NCBI RefSeq assembly: GCF_963921235.1
Contig: NC_086097.1
Span: 215,638,001-215,702,000 of the forward strand
Direction of reading: 5' to 3'
Source: Mobula hypostoma
Lineage: Eukaryota
Length of the DNA: 64,000 bases
Each line of letters opens with the position of its first letter. Within the stretch, counting starts at the first letter, position 1. Position numbers and translations under genes: made by a program. The notes beneath the pieces are model-generated. The model was not told where the DNA came from. It saw nothing but the letters and a program-made list of their open reading frames with translations, and did not search any database. Below, one piece after another: positions 12,216 to 25,143 of this stretch.

Positions 12216-12374
12216 GTAAAGTTATATGTAAAAGAAAGCAGTAGATGTCAGAAATTATTCATAGTTGCTGTTTTTAATTATATCTGAGAATTAATATCCA
12301 GTGTGATCAGTTCTGACTGTTTCATACTATTGCTTCTTAAGGATGATCTCAGTATTAATAGTAGCACATTATCA

Positions 12375-12505
12375 CGGCAGCATAGTAGCACAGTGGTGGG
12401 AGTAATGCTTTACCGTGCCTGCTGTCAGATCAGGGTGTGATTCCTGCTGCTGTTTGTAAGAAGTTTGTACACACTCCCCATAACCTCATGAGTTTCCTTC
12501 TGGTT
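12375..12505 (+). mobile_element. tRNA-derived V-type SINE, 5' half (probable 3' half at about 13535-13670)
   Basis: A-box-like 'tagcacagtgg' and V-domain-like 'gtttgtacacactccccataacctcatgagtttcc'. Similar to 35527-35795. Confidence 0.55.
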
Positions 12506-12619
12506 TAAGATAGCACTACCGAAGGCGTGCAACATTTTACTGCAGTTGAAAAGCAAAGAAATTCAATTAAAAACATTACTAATGACACTCTTTGGGGTAA
12601 GTGGTGGTGAACTATCAGC

Positions 12620-13512
12620 ACAAGCGGTAAGGAGACAAGCGGAGGCAGGGTGAGTTCGGGATATGTGTTCCGCTGCTGCGCTGCAGGGCGGGTGTTCTCG
12701 GAGCTGGAGCTGTGCAGATTGGAGTGGTTGATTTGGAGGGGAGAGGACGAGGTGGAGGAATTCTGATGCCCGTTTGGCTGGCCCGGGTGCAAGGCTGGAT
12801 CCCGCTGAGCACTGAGCCAATTTGGAGAGGTGGAGAATGTCTTCTTTGGCAGCAAAATCGAAACCTGGAGTGATTTGCCACAGAGTGGCCTGGGTCCTAG
12901 TAGGAGGCACGATCCACTGTTTGGAGAATTTGAACACCAGCCCAGATGGACTGGAGACGCAGGGTGTCAGGAGTCGGGAGAGGGTGGATCACTCTGCGCA
13001 CCGGGCTGATTTGGAGAGATTGAGAATGGCTTTGTCAGCAGCGAAATCTATGCCTGGAGCGATTCGCCACGGCAGAGTCTGGGTCCTAATATGAGGTACA
13101 ATCTGCTGTTCGGTCAATTTGGACACCGGCCCAGAAAGACTGGGGGCTCCTCTCTTCATGATGCTAAGGCTGTAAGACCATCCCTGGAAGTTGTGCTTTA
13201 TGTCTACGAACTTTGTGGCTATTTGCCCTACTGATACGATGAATTGAATATCAGGCTTTGGGCCTATTCCGGGCAGCTCTGGGGATTTAGATATGGGGTC
13301 TCGGTTTGGTTCGGAGCACTGTTGTTGTCGCTAGCTTCTATTAGTCAAGTGCTTTCTGTTTTTTTTTCCCTCTTTCTCTGTGTGCAGTGCAGATTGGTCT
13401 TTATTTTTTTAAATTGGGTTCTTTTGTGTTTCTTGCTTTGCAACTGCCTGTCAGCAAACAAATCTCAAGGTTGAATCACTTATACATTATATGATAATAA
13501 ATGTACTTTGAA
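12620..13512 (+). mobile_element. Non-coding GC-rich retroposon with internal ~190-bp tandem duplication and LINE-type tail
   Basis: Units at about 12809-12955 and 12998-13143 align by eye. The 3' end 'aatctcaaggttg..tgataataaatgtactttgaac' resembles tails at 39990-40060 and 29596-29660. Confidence 0.55.
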
Positions 13513-14407
13513 CCGCTGGATATTTGCACATTACAGAGTTAGTGGGCTATGGGTATGATATGCGAGTGTGAGAAGCATACCGATACTTGTGAACTGCCCC
13601 AGTACCATCCTTGCTGATTTGATTTGACACAAATGACACATACATGTGACAGATAAAGCCAATCTTGCAACCAAAACCTTCTCTGTGTGCTTGTTTTCAC
13701 TCAAAACCCTACCTACCTTTGAGTGTTTTTAATGTAAAATTTACAACTTACTCTCAGCCCCAACAACTGGTACTGATGACTTCCACTTTTGTATGAACCT
13801 TTGTCAAAAGCTCACTTAAAAGTACACAATTATTTCCTTCATGCAAAAAGTGCTCCTCAGGATCAGAATTTCCACTATTCTAAAGCTACTCTCCTCACAT
13901 TTTTTACTCAATTTTTCTCAATATTCTGCTTTGATAGATTTTTGAAAAGTAAGTTTGAGTTCATAGATTCAAAGGGTATCCCTCAAAAACTTCATCTGTG
14001 ATGGTACTGCAGTCCTTGCTGTTGCCATTGACCCCTAGATAACTCAGTTCATAAGAATCAAAGACACAGCCTTAGGACAAACTGGAAAAAACAGTGAGTT
14101 AAAGCTGTTGTTCACCTCTGGGGCCTGCATTTGTAAACAGCCCAGAAGGATGGGTCAAAGTTCTCTGTCTGATGGCTGTAAAGCTTCTCTGTGAAATGTG
14201 CTTGGAAGCTGAGTGCACTACTCGGACCAGTCTGCAATTTGTCATTAATTTGTGCTAAATTGGTGGGCTTATTCTTTGATGTGGAAGTAAAGTATGGTGT
14301 TGGAAATGAATTTTCACACTGATGCAGGATTCATTCTTATCCTAAACAGCGAAGCAGCTCCACTAACTGCGCTCTGTTCTGCTTAAAATAGGAAGATCAT
14401 GTTAAAG

Positions 14408-14695
14408 CCATAAGACATAGGAGTAGAATAGGCCATTTGGTCTATCGAGTCTGCTCTGTCATTACATCATGGCTGATTTATTATCCCTCTCAACTGCATT
14501 CTCCTGCCCTCTCTCCATTTGACACCTGATTGATCAAGAACTTATCAACCTCCACCTTAAATATACCCAATATCTTGGCCTGCAAACCCATCAGTGGCAA
14601 TGAATTCTGCAGATTCACCATCCTCTGGCTAAAGCTATTTTTCCTCATCTCTGTTCTAAATGAATGTCTCTCAATTCTGAGGCTGTGTCCTAGAC
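14408..14695 (-). mobile_element. CR1 LINE 3' end
   Basis: 'ccataagacataggagtagaataggccatt' tail and 3' UTR, shared with 41478 and 61340. Confidence 0.8.
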
Positions 14696-14814
14696 TTAAT
14701 GCATAGAGACTGTTGTTAATAAAAAAAATTCTATCTATTAATGATTTAGTCTTTTAAAAGCAATGTATTCTGTAAACTGTTTACAAGATATGCAAGCAAT
14801 TGTTCATATTTATA

Positions 14815-16706
14815 TATGTTAGAACAGGAAACTTGTTTAAACTAGAATTGCTGAGGGTTGGGAACCAAACTGAAGAGACAAAGGAAGGGGCAGTTGGTTC
14901 ACAAATAGAGAAAGCTCGTAGGCAGTGTGAGAGGGCTGGTAGGAAACTGATAGCGAAGGGATGCACTTCAGACTGATGGTTTGAGATGTCTATTTTAATG
15001 CAAAAAGCAGCATGAACAAAGCGGACGGGCTTAGAGTTTGGATCAGTACTTGGAGCTATGATGTTGTGGCCATTACAGGGACTTGGATGGCTCAGGGGCA
15101 GGAATGGCTACTTAGAATGCCAACCTTTAGATGTTTCAGAAAGGACAGGGAGGGAGGCAAAAGAGGTGGGGGTGTGGCACTGCTGATCAGAGATAGTGTC
15201 ACGGCTGCAGAAAAGGAGGAAGTCATGGAGCGATCATCTACTGAGTCTCTGTGGGTGGAAGTTAGAAAGAGGAAGGGGTCAATAACTCTACTGGGTGTTT
15301 TTTATAGACCACCCAATAGTAACAGGGACATCGAGGAGCAGATAGGGAGACAGATTCCGGAAAGGTGTAATAATAACAGGATTGTCGTGGTGGGAAATTT
15401 TAATTTCCCCAAAATGATTGGCATCTCCCTAGAGTGAGGGGTTTAGATGGGGTGGAGTTTGTTAGGTGTGTTCAGGAAGATTTCCAGACACAGTATGTAG
15501 ATAAGCCCACAAGAGGAGAGGCTGTATTTGATCTGGTATTGGGAAATGAACCTGGTTGGGTATCAGGTCTCTCAGTGGGAGAGCATTTTGGAGATATCAC
15601 TCATAATTCTATCTCCTTTACCATGGCATTGGAGAAGGATAGGAACAGACAAGTTGGGAAAGTGTTTAATTGGAGTAAGGGGAAATATGAAGCTATCAGG
15701 CAGGAACTTGGAAACATAAATTGGGAACAGATGTTCTCAGATAAACGTATGGCAGAAATGTGGCAAATGTTCAGGGGATATTTGCGTGGCATTCTCAACA
15801 GGTATGTTACAATGAGACAGGGAAAAGATGATAGGGTACAGGAACCATGGTGTACAAAGGCTGTTGGAGATCTAGACAAGAAGAAAAGAAATGCTTACAA
15901 AAGGTTCAAAAAAACTAGGTGATGATAGAAATCTAGATGATTATAAGGCTAGCAGGAAGGAGCTTGAGAATGAAATTGGGAGAGCCAGAAGGGGCCATGA
16001 GAAGGCCTTGGCCAGCAAGATTAAGGAAAACCCCAGGCATTCTACAAGTATGTGAAGAGCAAGAGAATAAAACATGAGAGAATAGGACCAAGTGTGTATA
16101 GAACCAGAGGAAATACCAGAGGTACTTAATGAATACTTTGCTTCAGTTTTCACTATGGAAAAGGATCTTGGCAATTGTAAGGATGACTGAAAAGCTTGAG
16201 CATATAGACATTAAGAAAGAGGATGTGCTGGAGCTTTTGGAAAGCATCAAGTTGGATAAGTCACCGGGACCGGATGAGATATACACCAGGCTACTGTGGG
16301 AGGAGAGGGAGGAGATTGCTGAGCCTCTGGCAATGATCTTTGCGTCATCAATGGGAACAGGAGAGATTCCAGAGGATTGGAAGGTTGCAGATGTTTTTCC
16401 CTTATTCAAGAAAGGGAGTAGAGATAGTTCAGGAAATTATAGACCAGTTACTATTACTTCAGTGGTTGGTAAGTTGATGGAGAGGATCCTGAAAGGCAGA
16501 ATTTATGAACATTTGGAGAGACATAATATGATTAGGAATACTCAGTATGGCTCTGTCAAAGGCAGGTCATGCTTTACAAGCCTGCTTGTATTTTTTGAGG
16601 ATGTGACTAAACTCGTTGATGAAGGTAGAGCAGGAGATGTAGTGTATATGGATTTCAGCAAGGCATTTGGTAAGGTACCCCATGCAAGGCTTATTGAGAA
16701 AGTAAG
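14815..16706 (+). mobile_element. CR1 LINE ORF2 (APE endonuclease to mid-RT), frameshifted, 3'-truncated
   Basis: ORFs 15012-15437 (YDVVAITGTW, YRPPNS, VGNFNFP), 15434-15922 and 16129-16770 (KSPGPDE, NYRPV, DFSKAF). Confidence 0.92.
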
Positions 16707-18298
16707 GGACTTAGTTGCATCCAACAGTCTGAGTATCAAAACATTAGGAATGCAGAACCAGAAAGGATAGCAAATAAGGTACTCAAGGCGTTGTATCTAA
16801 ATGTGTGTAGTATAAGAAATAAGGTGGATGATCTTGTTGCACTATTACGGATTGCCGAGTATGATGCTGTAGCCATCACTGAATCATGGCTGAAGACTGG
16901 CTGTAGTTGGGAGCTGAATGTCCAAGGTTACACGTTATTATCAAAGGGATAGGAAGGTAGGCAGAGGAGATGGTGTGGCTCTAGGTAGGATCTGAAGATG
17001 CTGAATCCTTGTGGGTTGAGTTAAGAAACTGCAAGGGTAAAAGGACATTGATGGCAGTTATATACAGGCCTCCCAACAGTGGCTGGGAGGTGGACCACAG
17101 GCTACAACAGGGAATAGAAAAGGCGTGTCAAAAGGGCAATGTTATGGTAGTCATGGGAGATCTTAACATGCAGGTCGATTGGGAAAATTAGGTTGGTAAT
17201 GAATCTCAAGGGAGTGAGTTTGTTGAATGCCTAAGGGATGGCTTTTTAGAGCAGTTTGTCATTGAGCCTACTAGGGGATCAGCTATACTGGATTGGATGT
17301 TATGTAATGAACCAGAGGCTATTAGGGAGTTTAAGGTAAAAGAACCCTTAGGAACCAGTGATCACAATGATTGAGTTCAACTTGAAATTTGATAGAGAGA
17401 GAGCAAAATCTGATGTGCAGTATTTCAGTGGAGTAAGGGGAATTACAGTGGTCTGAGAGAGGAGTTGGCCAAAGTAAATCGGAAGGAGCTGCTGGCAGGG
17501 ATGTCAGCAGAGCAGCAATGGCGTGCGTTTCTGGGAAGAATGAGAAAGGTGCAGGACATATATATTCCAAAAAAGAAGACATACTCAAATGGTAAAATAG
17601 TACAACCATGGCTGACAAGAGAAGTCAAAGCAATTGCAAAAGCAAAAGAAGACGCATACAACAAAGTAAAAATTAGTGGGAAGATAGAGGATTGGAAGGT
17701 TTGGAAAAACCTACAGAAAGCAACCAAAAAATCATTAGAAGGAAAAAGACAAAATATGAAAGCAAGCTAGCAAATAATATCAAAGTTGATAGCAAAAGCT
17801 TTTACAAGTATGTTAAAAATAAAAGAGAATTGAAGGAGGATATAGGACCTCTAGAAAATGAGGAAGGATAAATAATAACAGGGACAAGGAGATGGCTGAT
17901 GAACTAAATGAGTATTTTGCATCAGTCTTCACTGTGGAAGACACTAGCAGTATGCTTGATGTTGTAGTGTGTAAAGGAAGAGAAGTGGATGCAGTTACTG
18001 TTACAAGAGAGAAGGTGCTCATAAAGCTGAAAGACCTGAAGGTACACAAGTCACCTGGACCAAAGGAACTGCACCCTCGAGTTCTGAAAGAGGTACTGTT
18101 AGAGATTGTAGTGGCATTCGAAATGATCTTTCAAAAATCAATGGATTCTGGCATGGTGCCAGAGGATTTGAAAATTTCAAATGTCATCCCACTCTTTAGT
18201 AAAGGAGGAAGGCAGCGGAAAGGAAATTATAGACCAGTTAGCCTGATCTCAGTAGTTGCGAAGATGTTAGAGTCAGTTGTAAAGGATGAGGTGATGGA
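16707..18298 (+). mobile_element. CR1 LINE ORF2 (second subfamily), APE to RT start
   Basis: ORFs 17009-17191 (VIYRPPNS, MGDLNM), 17465-17770 and 17892-18431 (KSPGP, GNYRPVSL). Confidence 0.9.
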
Positions 18299-18586
18299 TG
18301 TCAGGACGCTAGAGCAGGGATCGAATTGCAGACCCAAGACTGTGCACACAGTGACATTGGTGGCATCCGTTAGTCTCGCGAGACCATGGATCTGCACCTG
18401 GAAGGTCTTATTAGTGATATTAATTGAGTAACAAATCCCAAGGTGAAAACAAAGTCAACGTCGAAGTTCAAGCAGAGATCAAAACATCCAGAGAAATCCA
18501 AAAACCAGAATCAGGAAACAGGCAGTCAATATTGAGACAGATAGAGTCCAGATACAAATGCTGGAAAGGCTCAGAAAAATTCACTG
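18299..18586. mobile_element. Probable Gypsy LTR fragment carrying a ~45-bp SINE-tail insertion
   Basis: Starts TGTCAGG abruptly within CR1 coding sequence. 18360-18406 is the reverse complement of the SINE tail at about 4028-4072. Confidence 0.5.
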
Positions 18587-20880
18587 CTTCTCTGTTTCCT
18601 GCCAATCAGCCGACGCTCTATCCACGTATGTAACTTTCCCATAATTCCATGGGCTCTTATCTTGTTAAGCAGCCTCATGTGTGGCACCTTGTCAAAGGCC
18701 TTCTGAAAATCCAAATATACAACATCCTCTGCATCTCCCTTGTCTAGCCTACTTGTAATTTCCTCAAAAAATTGTAATAGGTTTGTCAGGCAGGACTTTC
18801 CTTTAAGGAACCCATGTTGAGTTCTGCCTATCTTGTCATATGCCTCCAGGTACTCCATAACCTCATCCTTGACAATCGACTCCAACAACTTCCCAACCAC
18901 CGATGTCAAGCTAACAGGTCTATAATTTCCTTTTTGCTTCCTTGCCCCCTTCTTAAATAGCAGAGTGACATTTGCAATCTTCCAGTCTTCCGGAACCATG
19001 CCAGAATCTATTGACTTTTGAAAGATCATCGCTAATGCCTCTGCAATCTCCACAGCTACTTCCTTCAGAACATGAGGGTGCATTCCATCTGGTCCGGGAG
19101 ATTTATCTACCTTTAGACTATTCAGCTTCCCGAGTACTTTCTCTGTCGTAATTGTGACTGCGCACACTTCTCTTTCCTGCCACCCTTGTGTGTCCAGTAT
19201 ACTGCTGATGTCTTCCTCAGTGAAGACTGATGCAAAATACTCGTTCAGTTCCTCGCCATCTCCTTATCTCCCATTACAATTTCTCCAGCATCATTTTCTA
19301 TCGGTCCTATATCTACTCTCACCTATCTTTTACTCTTTATATACTTGAAAAAGCTTTTAGTATCCTCCTTGATATTATTTGCTAGCTTCCTTTCATAGTT
19401 AACCTTTTCCCTCTTAATGACCTTCTTAGTTTCCTTTTGTAAGCTTTTAAAAACTTCCCAATCCTCTGTCTTCCCACTAATTTTTGCTTCCTTCTATGCC
19501 CTCTCCTTTGCTTTAACTTTGGCTTTGACTTCTCTTGTCAGCCACGGTTGCATCCTTTTTCCATTCAAAAATTTCTTCTTTTTTGGGATATTCCTGTCTT
19601 TCACCTTCCTCACTTCTCGCATAAACTCCAGCCACTGCTGCTCTGCCGTCCTTCCCGCCAGTGTTCCTTTCCAGTCAACTTTGGCCAGTTCCTCTCTCAT
19701 GCCACTATAATTTCCTTTACTTCACTGAAATACCGACACATCGGATTTCGGCTTCTCTTTTTCAAATTTCACATTGAACTCAGTCACGTTATGATCACTG
19801 CCTCCTAAGGGTTCCTTCACCTCAATCTCTCTAATCACCTCCGGTTCATTACACAATACCCAATCCAGTACAGCCGATCTCCTAGTGGGCTCAACAACAA
19901 GCTGTTCTAAAAAGCCATCTCGCAGACATTCTACAAAATCTCTCTCTTGAGATCCAGTGCTGACCTAATTTTCCCAATCCACTCGCATGTTAAAATCCCC
20001 CACAATTATCATAATACTGCCCTTCTGACAAGCCTTTTCTATTTCCTGTTGTAATTTGTAGTCCACATCCCTGCAGCTGTTTGGAGGCCTGTATATAACT
20101 GCCATCTGGGTCCTTATACCCCTGCGATTTCTTAGCTCAACCCATAAAGATTCTGCACCTTCCGATCCTATGCCACCTCTTTCTAATGATTTGATATCAT
20201 TTCTTACCAATAAAGCTACATAACCCCCTCTGCCTACCTTCATATCCTTCCGATACACTCTGTATCCTTGGACGTTCAGCTCCCAGAGACATGCATCCTT
20301 TAGCCACGTCTCAGTGATGGCCACAGTATCATACCTGTCAATCTGTAGCTGTACGACAAGATCATCCACCTTATTCCTTATGCTGCGAGCATTTAAGTCT
20401 AACACCTTAAGACCAGTGTTCGGTACTTTTTGCTTTGATTCCACTGCGACTCATCCCAATGGCTACAAATTTGCCCCATCACCTGCCTGTCTTTCCTGAC
20501 ACCTTTACTGCTCACTATCTTAGATTTATTTCTGTTTTCCCCTTCCTCCGCTCTTTCATTCTGGTTCCCATCCCCCTGCCAAATTAGTTTAAACCCTCCC
20601 TGACAGCTCTATTAAACATTCCCACCAGGATATTGGTCCCTTTTGGGTTCAGGTGTAACCTGTCCATTTTGAACAGGTCATACTTCCCCCAGAAGAGATC
20701 CCAAGAATCTGAAGCCCTGCCCCATGCACCAGTCTCTCAGCCACACATTCATCTGCCTGATCCTACTATTCTTGCCCTCGCTAGCACGTGGCACAGGTAG
20801 CAATCCCAAGATTACTACCCTGGAGGTCCTGCTTCTCAGCTTCCTTCCTAACTCCCAGAAATCTCTCTTCAGGACCTCCT
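18586..20880 (-). mobile_element. CR1 LINE (end of ORF1, APE, RT N-half)
   Basis: ORFs 19965-20444(-) 'LNARSIRNK..AITETWL..YRPPNS..VGDFN' and 18571-19167(-) 'KSPGPDG..QHGF..DFQKAFDKV'. Confidence 0.93.
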
Positions 20881-22630
20881 CAAGATACTTCTCAAGATAT
20901 TTTCACTATACAGGTTGAATAAATCTCGTGAAAAGACACAACCTTGCCTGACTTCTCTCATGATATTCACATACCCACTCACTTCTCCTTCTATTCTGAT
21001 GGATGCTGTCTGGTCCCAGTATAAGTTTCTTAAAAAACGTATATCTTTCCCACCTATGTCAAGATCTTGAAGCATTTCCAGAAGATCTTGCTGTCTGACA
21101 GTGTCAAAAGCTTTTGAATAGTCAATGAAACATAGGTAGATGTCTTTTTGTACCTGGATGGCTCATTCATAGATCATCCGTAGCATGAAAATTGCATTTC
21201 TGGTTCCAGTGTTTTCCACAAAGCCGCATTGTTCTTTACTGATTTCTGGTTTTATACAGCGTCTTGCTCTCATCATGATTATTCTGAGAATAATTTTTGC
21301 CATGTGGCTCATCAGGCTTATTGTACGATGTAACTCACATTCTGTTACTTCCTCCTTCTTTGGAAGTGTGATGAACACTGATTTACTTAAATCATCAGGT
21401 ATCTCCTCATGATCATAGATTTCATTTGCTATTTCTGTTATTTTCTCTATTCCAAAATCTTCTAAGGCCAGTATCATTTCAACAGTGATGCTGTCTGGAC
21501 CAGTTGCTCTGTTATGTTGTGTTTTATTTATAGCTGCTCGAATTTCTGATTTTAGAATACTAGGTCCTTCAAGATTCTTCTTTATGTTCAGTTTTTCTCC
21601 TCTTTGCTCTTCAAAAAGTTCTTTTATATATTCTGTCCATCTGTTTAGGATTTCCTCTTTGTTCATAATTAAGCGGCCATCTTTTGCCTTGATGCATTCA
21701 CTTGCTGAGCAAGGTAATTTCCCTATTAGTTCTTTAATCTTACTATGCATCAAATTTGTTCCAGGGTTATGGGTTTGTAGCATTTCTATCTCTGAGCATT
21801 TCTCATTTAGCCATCTGTCTTTAGCTTCTCTGTATTTTCTTCTTATTGTCTTATCAAGTTGTTTGTATTCTTCGCTGTCTCCTAGTTTGATGGTCTGTTT
21901 TTGTTGCATCAATTGTATTATATCTTCAGTTATCCATTTCTTCTTACTTTTCCGCTCTTTTCGTGGGATGGTTTCTTTTACAGCTACAACCATGGATTCC
22001 TTCAGTATGTCCCAGGAAGCTTTACCTCCTTCATCCTGCAGCAATGGAAAATGGTTTTTCACCCTGATTGTGTATTCTGTTTTCAGATGAGCATTGTTTT
22101 GAGGTTGTTGATAATCCAGTGGTTCTGATCTTTTTGGTTTCTTTAATCTCCTCATCTTTATTTTCATTTTGCAAATGACTGGTATGTGGTCGCTTCCACA
22201 GTCTGCTCCAGGGTAGCTTTTAGAGTGAGCTATCGAGTTTTTGAATCTGTTATTGATTGCTATGTAGTCGATTTGATTTTTGTTTTTCCCATCTGGGCTT
22301 CTCCGTGTCCATTTCCTTCTTGGATGTTGTTTAACCCAAGTGTTGGTTATTATATGATTGTTTGTTTTACCATGATATAAGCTTTTCTCGTCTTTCATTT
22401 CTTTCCCCCAATCCCTGGCCTCCAACAATATGGTCTTCTCTTCCCTCTCCAACTTTTGCATTGAAGTCGCCCATGACTATGATGGCTTCTTGTGATTTGC
22501 ATTCTTCTAGTGCTTTGTCTAGGGAGTGGTAGAAGGCATCAATTTCTTCCTTTGAACTTGCCATTGTGGGTGCATATACCTGGATGATAGAGATGTTGTT
22601 TTGTTGTCCTTTTAGTTTGATTAACATCAT
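20881..22630 (-). mobile_element. RTE-clade LINE (APE + RT N-half), truncated at both ends
   Basis: ORFs 22367-22630 'IIQVYAPT..MGDFNAKVG', 21163-22461 'NQIDYI..PGADCGSDH..HRTISLMSH..QCGF' and 20869-21075 'VRQGCVFS..LFNLYSE'. Confidence 0.92.
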
Positions 22631-22664
22631 ATATTTAAGAATTTGTCATTTTAAGCAGGGCTGC

Positions 22665-23009
22665 TAAGGACCTTCAGCACCCAGGGCATGCCCTTTTCTC
22701 ACTGTTACCATCAGGTAGGAGGTACAGAAGCCTGAAGGCACACACTCAGCGATTCAGGAACAGCTTCTTCTCCTCTGCCATCTAATTCCTCAATGGACAT
22801 TGAACCAATGACACTATCTCACTTTTTTTATATATAGTATTTCTGTTTTTGCATTTTTTAAATCTATTCAATATATGTAATTGATTTACTTGTTTATTTA
22901 TTTTTTTCTCTCTGCTAGATTATGTATTGCATTGAACTGCTGCTGCTAAATTAACAAATTTCACGTCACATGCTGGTGACAATAAGCCTGATTCTGATTC
23001 TGATTCTGA
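22665..23009 (+). mobile_element. Rex1/Babar-type 3' end with (GATTCT)3 tail
   Basis: Reverse complement of 815-1150; tail cctgattctgattctgattctga. Confidence 0.85.
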
Positions 23010-23014
23010 ACCGA

Positions 23015-23372
23015 GGGTATTATACAATAAATACTAGCATGGATTGGCTGAATGACAGGAGGCAAAGGAGTAGGAATTAAGGGTGCCTTTTCTGGTTGAC
23101 TGCTAGTGACTAATGGTGTTCTGCAGGGGTCAGTGTTGGGACCACTTCTTTTCATGTCATATGTCAATGATTGGATGACAGAATTGATGGCTTTGTGGCC
23201 AAGTTCGCAGATGATACAAATTCAGGTGGAGGGGCAGGTAGTGTTTAGGAAGAAGTGAGCTTGCAGAAGGTTTTGAACAGATTAGAATGGGCACTGAAGT
23301 AGCAGATGGAACATCGTGTCAGGAAGCATATGGTCAAACACTTTGGTAGAAGGAATAAAGATGTAGATTATT
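23015..23372 (+). mobile_element. CR1 RT fragment
   Basis: Encodes GVLQGSVLGP and KFADDTN-like motifs. Confidence 0.75.
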
Positions 23373-23525
23373 TTCACTTTTCCCATATGGCCACGCATGT
23401 TTCCTCCAGGTTCTCAGACTCTTCCCACATTCCAGAGAAGTTAGTAGGTCAATTAGTTATGTAGTGGTTACTTGAAAACAAATTAAAATTGCTGAGAGAC
23501 TAACTTGGAACTTGGAACTTGGAGC

Positions 23526-25143
23526 TGGAACTTGGAAGCATAAATTGGGAACAGATGTTCTCAGATAAATGTATGGCAGAAATGTGGCAAAGGTTCAGGG
23601 GATATTTGCGTGGCATTCTCAACAGGTATGTTACAATGAGACAGGGAAAAGATGATAGGGTACAGGAATCATGGTGTACAAAGGCTGTTGTAAGTCTAGT
23701 CAAGAAGAAAAGAAAAGCTTACGAAAGGTTCAAAAAACTAGGTTTTGATAGAGATCTAGAAAATTATAAGTCTAGCAGGAAGGAGCTTAAGAATGAAATT
23801 AGGAAAGCCAGAAGGGGCCACAAGAAAGCCTTGGCGAGCAGGATTATGGAAAAATCTAAGGCATTCTACAAGTATGTGAAGAGCAAGAGGATAAGACGTG
23901 AGAGAATAGGACTAATCAAGTGAGACAGTAGAGAAGTGTGTATGGAACCAGAGGAGATAGTGGAGGTACTTAATGAATACATTGCTTCAGTATTCACAAC
24001 GGAAAAGGATTTTGACAATTGTAGGGATGACTTACAATGGACTGAAAAGCTTGAGCTTATAGACATCAAGAAAGAGGATGTGCTGGAGCTTTTGGAAAGC
24101 ATCAAGTTGGATAAGTCACTGGGACTGGATGAGATGTACCCAGGCTACTGTGGGAGGTGAGAGAGGAGATTGCTGATCTTCTGGCAATGATCTTTGCATC
24201 ATCAATGGGGACAGGAGAGGTTCTGGAGAATTGGAGGGTTGCAGATGTTGTTCCCCTATTCAAGAAAGGGAGTAAAGATAGCCTAGGAAATTATAGACCA
24301 GTGAATATTACTTCAGTGGTTGGTAAGTTGATGGGGAAGATCCTGAGAAGCAGGATCTATGAACATTTGGAGAGACATAATACGATTAGGAATAGTCAGC
24401 ATGGCTTTGTCAAAGGCAGGTCGTGCCTTTCAAGCCTGACTGAGCCTCAGTGTGAGGTGCTTCATTTTGGTAGGTCAAATATGATGGCAGAATATAATAT
24501 TAATGGTGAGACTCTTGGCTGTGTGGAGGATCAGAGGGATCTTGGGGTCCGAGTCTTGGGCTGTGCAGGTTGATTGTGTGGTTAAGAAGGCATACGATGT
24601 ATTGGTCTTCATCGACAGTGAGACTGAGTTTAAAAGCTGAGAAGTAAAGTTACAGCTTTATCAGACCCTGGTCAGACCCCACTTGGAGTATTGTGTTCAG
24701 TTCTGGTCACCTCGCCACAGGAAGGATGTGGAAACTATTGAAAGGGTGCAGAGCAGATTTACAGGGATGTCGCCTGGATTGGGGAGCATGCCTTATGAGA
24801 ATATGTTGAGCGAACTTGGCCTTTTCTCCTTGGAGCGACGGAGGATGAGAGGTGACCTGGTAGAAGTGTATAAGATGATGAGAAGCATTGATCATGTGGA
24901 TATTCAGAGGCTTTTAATAAGTTTTATACGCGGAGAGTGGTGAGTGTGTGGAATAGACTGACGGCGACGGTGGTGGAGGCAGATACGATAGGTTCTTTTA
25001 AGAGACTCCTGGATCGGTACATGGAGATTAGAAATATAGAGGGCTGTGGGTAACCCTAGATAATCTCTACAGTAAGTACATGTTCGGCACAGCATCATGG
25101 GCCAAAGGACCTGTATTGTGCTGTAGGTTTTCTATGTTTCTAT
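23526..25143 (+). mobile_element. CR1 LINE, 5'-truncated, with internal RT deletion near 24445
   Basis: ORFs 23519-23923, 24157-24573 (jumps from 'SCLSSL' to 'CEVLHFG') and 24683-24943. Tail tttctatgtttctat. Confidence 0.92.

Noticed and set aside
21485..22090. 201-aa hydrophobic, Ser/Phe-rich ORF on +
   Set aside because: Antisense shadow of the A-rich RTE ORF.
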